Below are positions 20,993 to 30,009 of a stretch of 64,000 bases of DNA, in pieces; position 1 is the stretch's first letter; each line of letters begins with the position of its first letter. The stretch comes from Candidatus Melainabacteria bacterium 17Bon1m (GTDB lineage: Bacteria; Cyanobacteriota; Vampirovibrionia; Obscuribacterales; Obscuribacteraceae): assembly GCA_032128875.1 (NCBI GenBank), contig JAVLKG010000004.1:288001-352000 (forward strand). The letters run 5' to 3'. Both the position numbers and the translations under genes were made by a program. The notes beneath the pieces were generated by a model. The model searched no databases and was not told where the DNA came from. It saw nothing but the letters and a program-made list of their open reading frames with translations.

Positions 20993-21078
20993 GCGCCAAA
21001 TTAATTGCCCTGCCCTGCGCGCCCGCATGATATGATGCGTGCCGTTTAAAACAGCCACAATCGCTTGAGGTGTTGACC

Positions 21079-21291
21079 ATGGCAAGTTACGGCGCAAGAA
21101 ACAAGATCACTGCAAAGGTAACTTCGGTAAAGAACGGCGACATTATGTCGCTCGTCAAATTTGATGTCACCAGTCCTTCCCACATGGCTTCGGTGCTGAC
21201 AACAGAATCATTAGAAGAAATGGGATTAAAAATCGGCGACGAAGTTGAATTGGTGGTCAAAGCAATTCACGTATTGCCAGTCAAAAAATAG
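21079..21291 (+). CDS. TOBE-domain molybdate-binding protein (Mop/molbindin-like)
   Basis: 70 aa; ARNKITAKV...SVLT.ESLEEMGLKIGDEV..VVKA. Confidence 0.88.
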   Translation: MASYGARNKITAKVTSVKNGDIMSLVKFDVTSPSHMASVLTTESLEEMGLKIGDEVELVVKAIHVLPVKK

Positions 21292-21343
21292 TTTTGACTA
21301 ACAAGGTCAGTGCAATCTGAACTTGTCGAAAGACTTCAATATC

Positions 21344-21424
21344 TATTAGCGCAACGCCTGCTGCAAGCAAAACAATTCCGACAATGCGTCCGGGGTTGAG
21401 TGGGTGTTGCGCTATTCCCATTAG
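21344..21424 (-). pseudogene. Remnant of the C-terminus of a YdcZ/DUF606-type DMT transporter
   Basis: Minus strand reads LMGIAQHPLNPGRIVGIVLLAAGVALI, resembling the last helix of the family; the upstream part is missing. Confidence 0.45.
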
Positions 21425-21623
21425 ATTGGCGGTTAGGCAGGTTTTGTCTGCTTCTCCTCAGTGTCCAAAGTGCCAATTGGCTTGCGTTTTCGGATTCTCA
21501 CGTGTTTTTCATGAGTTGATATCTATTCTATTGTCACAGACAAAATCGCAGACAAAACTAACCTCTTTCACCCACATTTGCGAACACATTGAGCAAGTGC
21601 TCAAACACGCATGAGGTCTTTCT

Positions 21624-22529
21624 ATGTTTCTTATTCCGCAAGTGCCTGATGTTCCTACAAAGTATATTGACACGACGCTGTCAAATTACGATGTCGCGGC
21701 AGAGCCGAATGCACCTTTTATAAATGAACGCTTCTTGGATGATTTAAGAAGCGCAACGAATAAGGCAACACATGACTTTGCACAAAACCTGACAATGGAC
21801 AAGATCGATAGTTCATTGGCGAATGATGCCGAGATGAATGGTCAATATTTCAGTGATGGTGAGCGCAATGCGTTGAAATCAGTGAAAGATAATTTCGTTG
21901 ATTTCGAAAGATTAGATAGTGGTGGAATGTCTGGTGGTGTTTCTAAAGCTGATATAGATTTGTTTGGCTCTTTGTATAAAACCACTGGCCGCGACATCTA
22001 TTTCTATGATGACGCACGGAAGTTCATGGTAGAAAATAAGTCTCGACTGGATCACGATGGTGATGGTGTTCTAAGTCTTGAAGAAATTCAGAACGGCAAG
22101 GTCAATCCTAGCTTTAGCAATCAAGAACTGCAGATCATTGACTATCTCAGTGATCGCTATTCGAACAAGCCTCGCTATTCGCACTATTCAAAAGAGTTGT
22201 TGGTGCGGCACGCTACGGTTCCTGAAAGTGATTTTGAAGACGGCGGTCTTAACTCGATCATCGATCGAAGCCAGACTACCCTTTTTGAGCAGAGAACGCG
22301 TGGGTGGGTAGATGCTCTGTCTCTGATGACTGGACTGGGTGTAGGTACACTGGCAGCCATAAAGGGAGACTTCAAGGTTTTGACTGGTGCTGCTCTTATT
22401 TATACGCTGGGAATCACCGCTACGTTGGCCGCACGTCCACTGGCTACGAGAATTGCCTCTTCCGCACAGAACGCCCAAGAAGATCGAATCCACCGGTTGA
22501 TGACAACTGTGGGTGATCTCAAATACTGA
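21624..22529 (+). CDS. Hypothetical protein with EF-hand-like loop and two C-terminal TM helices
   Basis: LDHDGDGVLSLEEI Ca-binding-type loop; hydrophobic C-terminal hairpin. Confidence 0.7.
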   Translation: MFLIPQVPDVPTKYIDTTLSNYDVAAEPNAPFINERFLDDLRSATNKATHDFAQNLTMDKIDSSLANDAEMNGQYFSDGERNALKSVKDNFVDFERLDSGGMSGGVSKADIDLFGSLYKTTGRDIYFYDDARKFMVENKSRLDHDGDGVLSLEEIQNGKVNPSFSNQELQIIDYLSDRYSNKPRYSHYSKELLVRHATVPESDFEDGGLNSIIDRSQTTLFEQRTRGWVDALSLMTGLGVGTLAAIKGDFKVLTGAALIYTLGITATLAARPLATRIASSAQNAQEDRIHRLMTTVGDLKY

Positions 22530-22902
22530 TTTGTTCAATTCAATACCTTTTCAAGATGGGTAGCGGCGCTCATGCGCCCTGCCCTCGGGGACTTTTAAGA
22601 TATGTTGCGCGCGCAAAATGACTTCTCAATGCAACGCGCGCCTATTTGCAAATTCCGGTTATCGCAGAGTTTTTCAACCGTTTGTTGCAGCTGAAGTCAT
22701 CGAAAAGTTGGTTTTTGGACTGTTTTTGTCACTTTATTGCAACTGATTCTCATTTCTCAAAGACAACGCCGACAAGTTTTGCAAGCGTGGTTGCGACAAT
22801 GCGCGCACTTCGTCGCTTGTAAACGCCACAGGTTGCCGCCTGTCGCTTTACACGCTTTGGCAATACCTGTGAGAATGCAAGAACCGTCATGAGAGAACTG
22901 CC

Positions 22903-23580
22903 GTGGCTACACCACTTGCCGAAATCCTTCACAACATTGCTGATCACACGGAGACAATCCTCCATGTGCTCAATGATCCGGGCGTACCGGGCGATGTTTC
23001 TCAGCGCATGTTCGCGCATATCCTTTTAGAGGAAAAAGAAAACACCACCAAGCTTGAAGAAATTCATGGTGCTGGTCCAACTCTTTTGACTCAAAAGCTG
23101 CTTGATCACAGCTTCTTCATTCAGCGCATGCTGCAAGAACAAGCTATGTCTATTGATTTGAAACGTGAATTGCTCGATCACTTTATGGAAGAACACCTTG
23201 AGTGGCGAGCAGAATTGTTAGGTCCGGATGCGCCGCCTCATGGTGGTGGCAAGCCGGGAGTGGTATCAAACTTTGGCACGCACCAAACCAGACCGAGCGG
23301 AGCTTCGCATGGTCATGGCGGTGGCGGCAGCTTAGGTGGTACCGCACATGGTGGACATGGAGCTTCGCAAGGTGGGCATGGTGGCCACGGCGGATACTCC
23401 TCATCACAAGATAAGCAACAGCACGGTGGACGTTCGGAGCAAGGTTCTGGACAAGCCGGGCAAGGACACTCGGGTCACTCCGGTGGTTCTGGTCGTTCCG
23501 ACCAAAAGGAAAAACCCAGCACCGGTGGTGCTACCAAAAAAGAATGGACTGTCGGACCTCTATGGTCGCAAGGAGAATAA
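22903..23580 (+). CDS. Putative encapsulin cargo: tandem HHE/hemerythrin-like helical domain + Gly/His linker + targeting peptide
   Basis: Directly upstream of the encapsulin; two DH-x23-H-x3-E repeats; C-terminal KKEWTVGPLW resembles the (L/F)TVGSL cargo-loading peptide. Confidence 0.8.
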   Translation: MATPLAEILHNIADHTETILHVLNDPGVPGDVSQRMFAHILLEEKENTTKLEEIHGAGPTLLTQKLLDHSFFIQRMLQEQAMSIDLKRELLDHFMEEHLEWRAELLGPDAPPHGGGKPGVVSNFGTHQTRPSGASHGHGGGGSLGGTAHGGHGASQGGHGGHGGYSSSQDKQQHGGRSEQGSGQAGQGHSGHSGGSGRSDQKEKPSTGGATKKEWTVGPLWSQGE

Positions 23581-23582
23581 CT

Positions 23583-24437
23583 GTGTGGAAGATGCACCAA
23601 AAGCTGGTTGAATTACCTCTGACAAACGAACAAGCGTCAGACATGATACAAGCTGCTGCGCAAGAAGTACGACGCACTGTTGTCGGTCGTCGTTTGATCG
23701 CTCTTTTCGGACCTCTGGGTGCCGGAGTGGAGAGCGTGCCGCTGGAAACAATCAAAGATGATGAGCCGGCTGAAGTCGACCTCGAAGGAAGACCGGATAC
23801 AAATCCGATCGGAACTCATGAGAAAGAAACATACGTTCGCGTTCCACTTATCTACAAAGATTTCTGGTTGCACTGGCGCGATGTGAAATGGAGCCAAGAC
23901 ATGCATGCTCCTATCGACATCACCAACGCTGTTCGTGCAGCACATCAGGTTGGAGATGCTGAAGATGATTTGATCTTCAACGGAAATAAAGAGCTCGGCA
24001 TCAATGGATTGTTTAACTATCCTGGTTCGCAAAAAATTCAAGGTGGAGATTGGAAGGTTCCTAACGAGCCGGTCAAAGATGTGTACGCCGCGATCGCAAA
24101 GTTGATTGCAGCTCATCATCACTTCCCCTATGCGCTTGTTTGCTCGTTGGATATGTATGAGCAGTTGCTCAAGCCAGTTAAGGAATCGCCTGCGCTAGAA
24201 CTTGATCAGTTGAGCAAGCTCTGCTTGGACGGAATTCACTGGAGCCCGATGATTGAGAAGGGAACAGCCGCCGTGATTTCTACCGGCGCGCAAAACTTCG
24301 ATATTGCCGTGGCAGAAGATCTGCAAATTGCATATCTCGGACCAAGCGACATGAACTATCGCTTCCGTGTTTATGAATCACTCGTACTTCGCGTAAAACG
24401 CCCAACGGCTGTTTGCGTAATTAAGTCGAAAGTCTAA
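23583..24437 (+). CDS. Family 1 encapsulin shell protein (Linocin M18 / HK97 fold)
   Basis: PLT....RR.VVGRR.I..FGPLGAG, P.IYKDF.LHWRD, ED.LIF.G, FRVYE.LVLRVKRP.AVC; GTG 23583 follows SD AAGGAG (ATG 23592 is an alternative). Confidence 0.95.
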   Translation: MWKMHQKLVELPLTNEQASDMIQAAAQEVRRTVVGRRLIALFGPLGAGVESVPLETIKDDEPAEVDLEGRPDTNPIGTHEKETYVRVPLIYKDFWLHWRDVKWSQDMHAPIDITNAVRAAHQVGDAEDDLIFNGNKELGINGLFNYPGSQKIQGGDWKVPNEPVKDVYAAIAKLIAAHHHFPYALVCSLDMYEQLLKPVKESPALELDQLSKLCLDGIHWSPMIEKGTAAVISTGAQNFDIAVAEDLQIAYLGPSDMNYRFRVYESLVLRVKRPTAVCVIKSKV

Positions 24438-24459
24438 ACACTGAAGTTCGAAAAGATTG

Positions 24460-24490
24460 AAAAGGGGCGTCATAGAGACGCCCTTTTTTT
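24460..24490. terminator. Bidirectional intrinsic terminator
   Basis: AAAAGGGGCGTC-ATAGA-GACGCCCTTTTTTT between convergent genes. Confidence 0.85.
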
Positions 24491-24504
24491 CTTGCCACTA
24501 AAAC

Positions 24505-24954
24505 TTATGCGCCAGGACCTGGCTTAGCCGTCGGCTTTGGACTTGGTTTTGGCGTTGTTGTTTTCTTCATCGAGGGTTTTGTTGCAGAAGCTTTTGGCGT
24601 CGACTTGCCTGTTGATGCTTTTGCGCCTGAATCTGATTTTGTAGTTGACGAAGCAGCTGTTTTTGCCGCTGACTTAGCAGACGTATCTGCAGATTTTGCG
24701 TCGTGTTTTATATCGTGTGACTTAGCGCCATGCGCCTTGTCTACAGATCCTTTCTTTCCGTGTCCATCCTTGGCATTAGATTTTGGAGCCGGCTTGGTCG
24801 GCAAAATTGGTTTTGCTTCCACTTTCTTTTGCACCACAGGCGGTAGCTTCGGATTTACAACAAGTACGTGTCTGCTATGAAAACCGGCCGCGTATGACAC
24901 AAAGAAGGTGTCAATCACCAGTAGTACTGAAATGAAAATTCCTTTGGCTTTCAT
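24505..24954 (-). CDS. Membrane-anchored Lys/Ala/Pro/Ser-rich hypothetical protein
   Basis: N-terminal TM helix then a basic low-complexity region; 3 nt from the upstream gene. Confidence 0.7.
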   Translation of the reverse strand: MKAKGIFISVLLVIDTFFVSYAAGFHSRHVLVVNPKLPPVVQKKVEAKPILPTKPAPKSNAKDGHGKKGSVDKAHGAKSHDIKHDAKSADTSAKSAAKTAASSTTKSDSGAKASTGKSTPKASATKPSMKKTTTPKPSPKPTAKPGPGA

Positions 24955-24957
24955 GGC

Positions 24958-25584
24958 TTACTTCGCAGTGAAGTTTTCGCTGTCGTTGAAGTCTTCTTTT
25001 TCGGAAGCGTTTCGCTTGTAGGTCACAAGCACATCTGATGACTTGAACTCGTCTTGCACGTGAGGACCTTTTACCAGCTGCACAGTCAGCACCGCGTTGG
25101 GATCGCTTTTGTGTTTGTCGTACTCTTTGCCGAGTGCTTTCGCTTCAAAAGAAATTTCGTTGTTGCCGGCGTTGACGTAACGGGAGACATCGACATTCTT
25201 TCCTGGTCCGAAGAAACTGTCTACCGGGTTGTCGTTGACTTTGACAGTGATCGAATAACCGATGTAATCCTCACCCGACGATGTAATCCAATATTTTGTC
25301 TTGCCGGATTTCGCGGGTGCCGCAGTCGCAGACTCGGTTTTTGTTGGTTCAGTAACTGTCTTTACTGGTGCCGGAGTTGCGGCCACCGCGGAAGGTTGCA
25401 GTGCATTTGCCGTGCCGGGTGGGACTTCTTGAATCGGAGCCAGCCTTTCGTGCAAGCCCCAGAAGTAGCCGCCGAATCCCGCACCTGCCAACAAAAGCGC
25501 CAGAATCACCAGGTCCAGAAGAGCTTTTACCATCTCCTGACCTTTCTTCTTTGCGGCTTGAACTGCGCCACCGGATTGCGACAT
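24958..25584 (-). CDS. Membrane-anchored hypothetical protein with beta-rich C-terminal domain
   Basis: TM helix (LLDLVILALLLAGAGFGGYFW), Pro/Ala/Thr linker, beta-sandwich-like domain. Confidence 0.75.
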   Translation of the reverse strand: MSQSGGAVQAAKKKGQEMVKALLDLVILALLLAGAGFGGYFWGLHERLAPIQEVPPGTANALQPSAVAATPAPVKTVTEPTKTESATAAPAKSGKTKYWITSSGEDYIGYSITVKVNDNPVDSFFGPGKNVDVSRYVNAGNNEISFEAKALGKEYDKHKSDPNAVLTVQLVKGPHVQDEFKSSDVLVTYKRNASEKEDFNDSENFTAK

Positions 25585-25704
25585 CTTCTCCCCCTGAAAT
25601 CAATCATTCCTTAAGCTTCTGAACGGTCACAGGCTTTCGACCATAAGAGTAATACTACCCGTCAAATCACCTTAAGAAACAGGATAAACAGTCCCCCAGT
25701 ACCA

Positions 25705-27549
25705 GTGAAAATCCTAGTTATGAAACTGGTAAGCCTGGGAAAATCAGTGTTTGAAGCATCGAGAAGGGTAGTTTTGCAAGAAAGGAAACTAATTCTTAAA
25801 CCGTGCAATCGCCATCAAGTCCGTCGCCGTTTCGCTATCGACGTCTGGGTTGCTGTCTTTACTGCGTCGTTTTTGCTGGCATTTCTTTCGACGGTTGTCT
25901 CGCACGCACCTGCTGACGCCGCTGACTATCAGGCGGAGAGCAATGCGTACAAACTCTACGCTCAAGGGTACGAACTGTATCGCTCCGGCTCTTACGCCCA
26001 GGCGGCCTCTGCTCTATCTCAGGCAGCAGCGTACGATCCGACCACCTTTTCTGGTCGTATTCATCTCAGCTTGGCGCAAAGTTATCAGCAGTTGAAGAAT
26101 TCCAAGGAAGCGATTAAGCAGGCTCAGCTTGCTCAAAAGCTTGATCCGAACGATCCCTATCCGACTTACATCATGGCGCTCGTTTATAACGACATGAAGC
26201 GCTACGATTTATGCTTATCCAGCCTTCAGCGCTATATCAATGCTCCCAATGCGACCGCGCGCGCGGAAGCAGAGCAAATGATGAACACGGTGAAAGTCTA
26301 CACTTGCACAAAGGACGGTTGCGAGAATATCAGCGCCGGAAAGTACAGGGAAGCGATAAGACTGTTCGAGATCGCAGCAACGGCCGATCCATCTCAAAAC
26401 TCCGGTTGCATCCACGGCAACCTCTGTTTTGCATATCGCAAAGTTAGAAATTACCCACGCGCTGTTTCCGAGGGCAAGAAAGCTCTTTCGTTTGACCCTA
26501 ATGACACCAGTGTGATCTACAACGTCGCAATCGCCTACATGGACATGGCAAAATTCGACGATTCAATTTCGTACTTGCAGCGCTATTTGACACTGGAGAC
26601 AGATGGCAATCAGAGAGCTAATGCACAGCAGTTGATATCGGAATTGGCGCAAGACAAAAAGAAGCAGAACAGCCCTAATAATAAGCTTCCTGATTATCTC
26701 GACATTCTTAAGAAGAACGACCATTTATTCACATGGTCAAACCAACAGATGCCAATCAAGATCTACATGAGTGCAGGCACAAACACACCAGGTTACAAAC
26801 CCGTGTTTCGCAATTACGTCTTGAAGGCGATGGACACTTGGTGCGAGGCTTCCGGCAAGAAAATCAATTACAAAGTGACGAAGGACAAAAGCAAGGCTGA
26901 CATCATTGTCACCTGGACGCCAAACGCTTTGGATGCAAGTTCAGAATTACGGGTAGTTGCTGGGTTAACAACTCCCGAGGTTATAGATAATAACTTTCGA
27001 AGCACGCTTGTAGAGCTTCGTACAACTGATGCGTTTATACCAGGAGCTTATGTGAAAGATGGCGAGATGGCCGCTGTGACCATGCACGAAATTGGGCACG
27101 CACTTGGCCTTGATCATTCGAATTCAATTTACGACCTGATGTACTTTCGCTCCAACGGATTGCAAAACGGTTTGCCAACGAAAAGAGATAGGTTGACGCT
27201 GGCTAAGCTCTACGCGGCGCACCCGGCGATAACTTTCACACCCAACCCGGAGTCTACACCAGCTGGACCACCAGTGGTGTTTATGCCTCCACCTACGTTT
27301 GCTCCACCCAAATTGCCTGACAATAGTAACATCGCACCTCCGATGTTTACTCCGCCTCCATTGAAGGAAAAGCTTCCGCCCCCAATGTTTACTCCGCCTC
27401 CGCTTTCGAAAACAAGGCGTGCACCAAATGCGGTGGCCTTGCCGACGTTTACGCCCCCGCCATTAAGTAAACAAAGTGGTGGCAGTTCTGGCAAAAAGAA
27501 TGAGAGTAGCAAACCGCCTACCTTCTTTGTTCCGCCTCCTGTCAGGTAA
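25705..27549 (+). CDS. TPR-repeat + matrixin (M10-like) zinc metallopeptidase with Pro-rich tail
   Basis: Multiple TPRs; HEIGHALGLDH metzincin motif followed by Met-turn LMY; start codon uncertain. Confidence 0.88.
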   Translation: MKILVMKLVSLGKSVFEASRRVVLQERKLILKPCNRHQVRRRFAIDVWVAVFTASFLLAFLSTVVSHAPADAADYQAESNAYKLYAQGYELYRSGSYAQAASALSQAAAYDPTTFSGRIHLSLAQSYQQLKNSKEAIKQAQLAQKLDPNDPYPTYIMALVYNDMKRYDLCLSSLQRYINAPNATARAEAEQMMNTVKVYTCTKDGCENISAGKYREAIRLFEIAATADPSQNSGCIHGNLCFAYRKVRNYPRAVSEGKKALSFDPNDTSVIYNVAIAYMDMAKFDDSISYLQRYLTLETDGNQRANAQQLISELAQDKKKQNSPNNKLPDYLDILKKNDHLFTWSNQQMPIKIYMSAGTNTPGYKPVFRNYVLKAMDTWCEASGKKINYKVTKDKSKADIIVTWTPNALDASSELRVVAGLTTPEVIDNNFRSTLVELRTTDAFIPGAYVKDGEMAAVTMHEIGHALGLDHSNSIYDLMYFRSNGLQNGLPTKRDRLTLAKLYAAHPAITFTPNPESTPAGPPVVFMPPPTFAPPKLPDNSNIAPPMFTPPPLKEKLPPPMFTPPPLSKTRRAPNAVALPTFTPPPLSKQSGGSSGKKNESSKPPTFFVPPPVR

Positions 27550-27656
27550 GCACATTGATGAGAGCTGTGCCGCCTACATTAAAAGGCGGAGGAAGTGTTC
27601 CGTAAATTCTGTAAATCCTGTACTATGCTGTCTTTCGGGCTCTCAGGTAATTCATA

Positions 27657-29030
27657 ATGCATAGTGCTAAAGCAGGCAAACGATGGGCTTTTCGCAACCT
27701 TATAGGAGTGGTCTCAGCGATCTCGTTGGCGCTGTTGACGACTATGCCGAGTGCGCTTGCTCAAGGAAGTTTTTCCGGGGCGCAGCAAAGAGGCCCGTTC
27801 AATCAAAGTGAAGCGGCTGAGACAGGAATTTCTTCTGTGCCTGGAAGCACTGCAGAAGACTCTAACTTTACTTATGGGCAAGAAGACGAAGACGAAGGTG
27901 CTGCATCCGCATCTGAGCCGCGCGCAGCAAGTCTTGCAGACCTAGATGCGATCATGAATCAAACGCTGCAGCAATATTACGTACCTGGTGGAGCGCTGGC
28001 AGTCGCTCACAATGGAAAACTGGTTTATGCCAAAGGATTTGGCGTTGCGAATTTGCGCACTCAAGAGCCTGTCACCCCGAACACATTGTTTAATTTAGCC
28101 AGTTGCACAAAAGCTATTTCTACATTCGGAATAATGCGTCTAGTAGAGGCTGGTAAACTTCGCCTCGATGACACCTTCTACAACGTCATCGGTCGTCCGA
28201 ATTTAGTGCGCGGTATGAACGCAGACCCGCGAGTGGCTCAGATTACAATTCGTCAACTGCTGCACCACTCCGCTGGTTGGAATGATGACTCGGGATATGT
28301 GAAAGCGGGCAACGAAGTCATGCGCCTTGCTCCAAATGGATTGCCATTTTCAGAAGCCATTCGTGTGTTGCTAGCCACGCCGCTTGATTATGAACCTGGT
28401 ACGCAAGCAAAATACGCCAACGGCGACTGGAATTTGATCAAGTATGTTGTCGAAGTCGCTGCACAACGACCATATGGAGAATATTTGCAAGAGCAGCTTA
28501 ATTCAATAGGCATCCACGACATGTGCGAAGAATCGAGAGGGCTTGTTCGTGGACAAGCATCTCGATATGCGGGTTACCCACCTCGTGTAATTCCTGGTGG
28601 TCAGCGCACTGTTCCCCTTATGCCGGACTTTGGTAACTGGATGGCGTCGGCCGTCGACATGGTGAAGTTCCTCACCGCAATTGACGGCACTCGCATGCAA
28701 GGCATCTCCTATGATTCGTTTCAACAACTCATAGCACCATTACCGCCACCAATGAAAAACAATCCCAATGGCAGTCATTTCGGACTAGGCTTGGACACTG
28801 TGCGAATGACTCCGCAGGGAGTCACCTTCAGCAAGAACGGTGGAAAGCCTGGTGTGCACAGCCAAATTATTCACTTGCCGAACAATACTGATTTTTGTGT
28901 GTTGTTCAACGGCGGTTCTTCTCCGGACGGCACAGATGCTAATCCTATGACTGCAGTCAAATCGATCAGGCAAGTGTTGAACAATGTCAAAGACTGGCCG
29001 ACTACTGATCTGTTTCCCAATTATCAATAA
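27657..29030 (+). CDS. Serine hydrolase, beta-lactamase class C/AmpC-like family
   Basis: F.LASCTK (SxxK), LLHHSAG, YAN (YxN), KNG triad; signal peptide. Confidence 0.9.
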   Translation: MHSAKAGKRWAFRNLIGVVSAISLALLTTMPSALAQGSFSGAQQRGPFNQSEAAETGISSVPGSTAEDSNFTYGQEDEDEGAASASEPRAASLADLDAIMNQTLQQYYVPGGALAVAHNGKLVYAKGFGVANLRTQEPVTPNTLFNLASCTKAISTFGIMRLVEAGKLRLDDTFYNVIGRPNLVRGMNADPRVAQITIRQLLHHSAGWNDDSGYVKAGNEVMRLAPNGLPFSEAIRVLLATPLDYEPGTQAKYANGDWNLIKYVVEVAAQRPYGEYLQEQLNSIGIHDMCEESRGLVRGQASRYAGYPPRVIPGGQRTVPLMPDFGNWMASAVDMVKFLTAIDGTRMQGISYDSFQQLIAPLPPPMKNNPNGSHFGLGLDTVRMTPQGVTFSKNGGKPGVHSQIIHLPNNTDFCVLFNGGSSPDGTDANPMTAVKSIRQVLNNVKDWPTTDLFPNYQ

Positions 29031-29903
29031 TTATTTTTCGCTTTCAGCCAGCAGTGTAGTCACTACTTCTTCCAGATGGCGATGCAGAACGAAATGTCCG
29101 CTGTCTTCCTTAAGTATCAATTCTGCTTTCGGCAGACGCGCCGCCAAGATTTTTGACGCGCTGACAGGACAAAGATGATCTTGGGTGCCTTGCCACATTT
29201 TTACTGCAATTTGCATAGTCTCGACATTGAAGCCCCAGGGCTTTCGCATTGCCAGGTAATCATCCAGCACCCCTTCGAATCCTTGGCTGATTGATTCGAA
29301 CGTGAATGACGTGGCCTCTTCGAGGGAAAGGTCCTTAATAATTTCGTAGTCTGGTCCTTCTTTCACGGCACGCAGCAATTCGTCCTTCATTTTTGATGGT
29401 GAGTAAAACTTGAAAAGAATTCCGGCGGGCGAAAGAATGTGCAAAAGTCTTTCCGGCCAGCTGAGCAAGATTCTGTCCTCTAGCAGTCCTAAATCTTGAA
29501 CGGCGCCGTTGTAGTCCAGTGGTCCGACACCACCGATGGTGCCAACTACAGTGATCTTGTCGCTAAGAAGCGCTCCACATGCAAGTGCATAAGGACCCCC
29601 CAGCGACCAACCCAATACAGGCAGATTTTTCAGATTTAGAACACGCAAAAGCTCCCTCGTATCTGACGCCCAGTCGCTAAAGGTGCGTCCAATTTGTCGA
29701 TCTGAAATTCCTATGCCTGGTCGGTCCGGCGCAATTACTTTGACGTTGAGATCATGCAGCATCTCATCTGCGAAATTTATATCCAATCGGCTCGACATTC
29801 CGCCGTGCAGATAAAGCAACTCGCGCCCGTTCGGAGCACCGAACGTGGCGTAGCCCAGAGTTCGTCCATCGTTGAGTTTTATGGTGCTGTCTATTCTGGG
29901 CAT
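29031..29903 (-). CDS. Alpha/beta fold hydrolase
   Basis: L.DGRTLGY, HGG, PDRPGIG.SD, nucleophile GWSLGG, WQG..D, GH; ATG 29903 preferred. Confidence 0.92.
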   Translation of the reverse strand: MPRIDSTIKLNDGRTLGYATFGAPNGRELLYLHGGMSSRLDINFADEMLHDLNVKVIAPDRPGIGISDRQIGRTFSDWASDTRELLRVLNLKNLPVLGWSLGGPYALACGALLSDKITVVGTIGGVGPLDYNGAVQDLGLLEDRILLSWPERLLHILSPAGILFKFYSPSKMKDELLRAVKEGPDYEIIKDLSLEEATSFTFESISQGFEGVLDDYLAMRKPWGFNVETMQIAVKMWQGTQDHLCPVSASKILAARLPKAELILKEDSGHFVLHRHLEEVVTTLLAESEK

Positions 29904-30009
29904 ATTGTAATCCCGAGAGCGCAACGCGCTTACTTCACCTGTTATATTACGAACCCGGCGGGTTTGGATATTAGATTTCGCCCTCTTTGATAGCTTGGAA
30001 ACACACCGT

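Noticed and set aside
20993-21078. Moco/Tuco riboswitch upstream of the TOBE gene
   Set aside because: Region is too short and lacks the multi-stem structure; it looks like a plain promoter plus SD.
23544-23582. Longer encapsulin start given by the ORF track
   Set aside because: Overlaps the cargo targeting-peptide codons; SD AAGGAG supports GTG 23583.
23583-24437. Prophage major capsid (HK97 fold)
   Set aside because: No terminase, portal, tail or integrase genes; motifs and cargo context fit an encapsulin.
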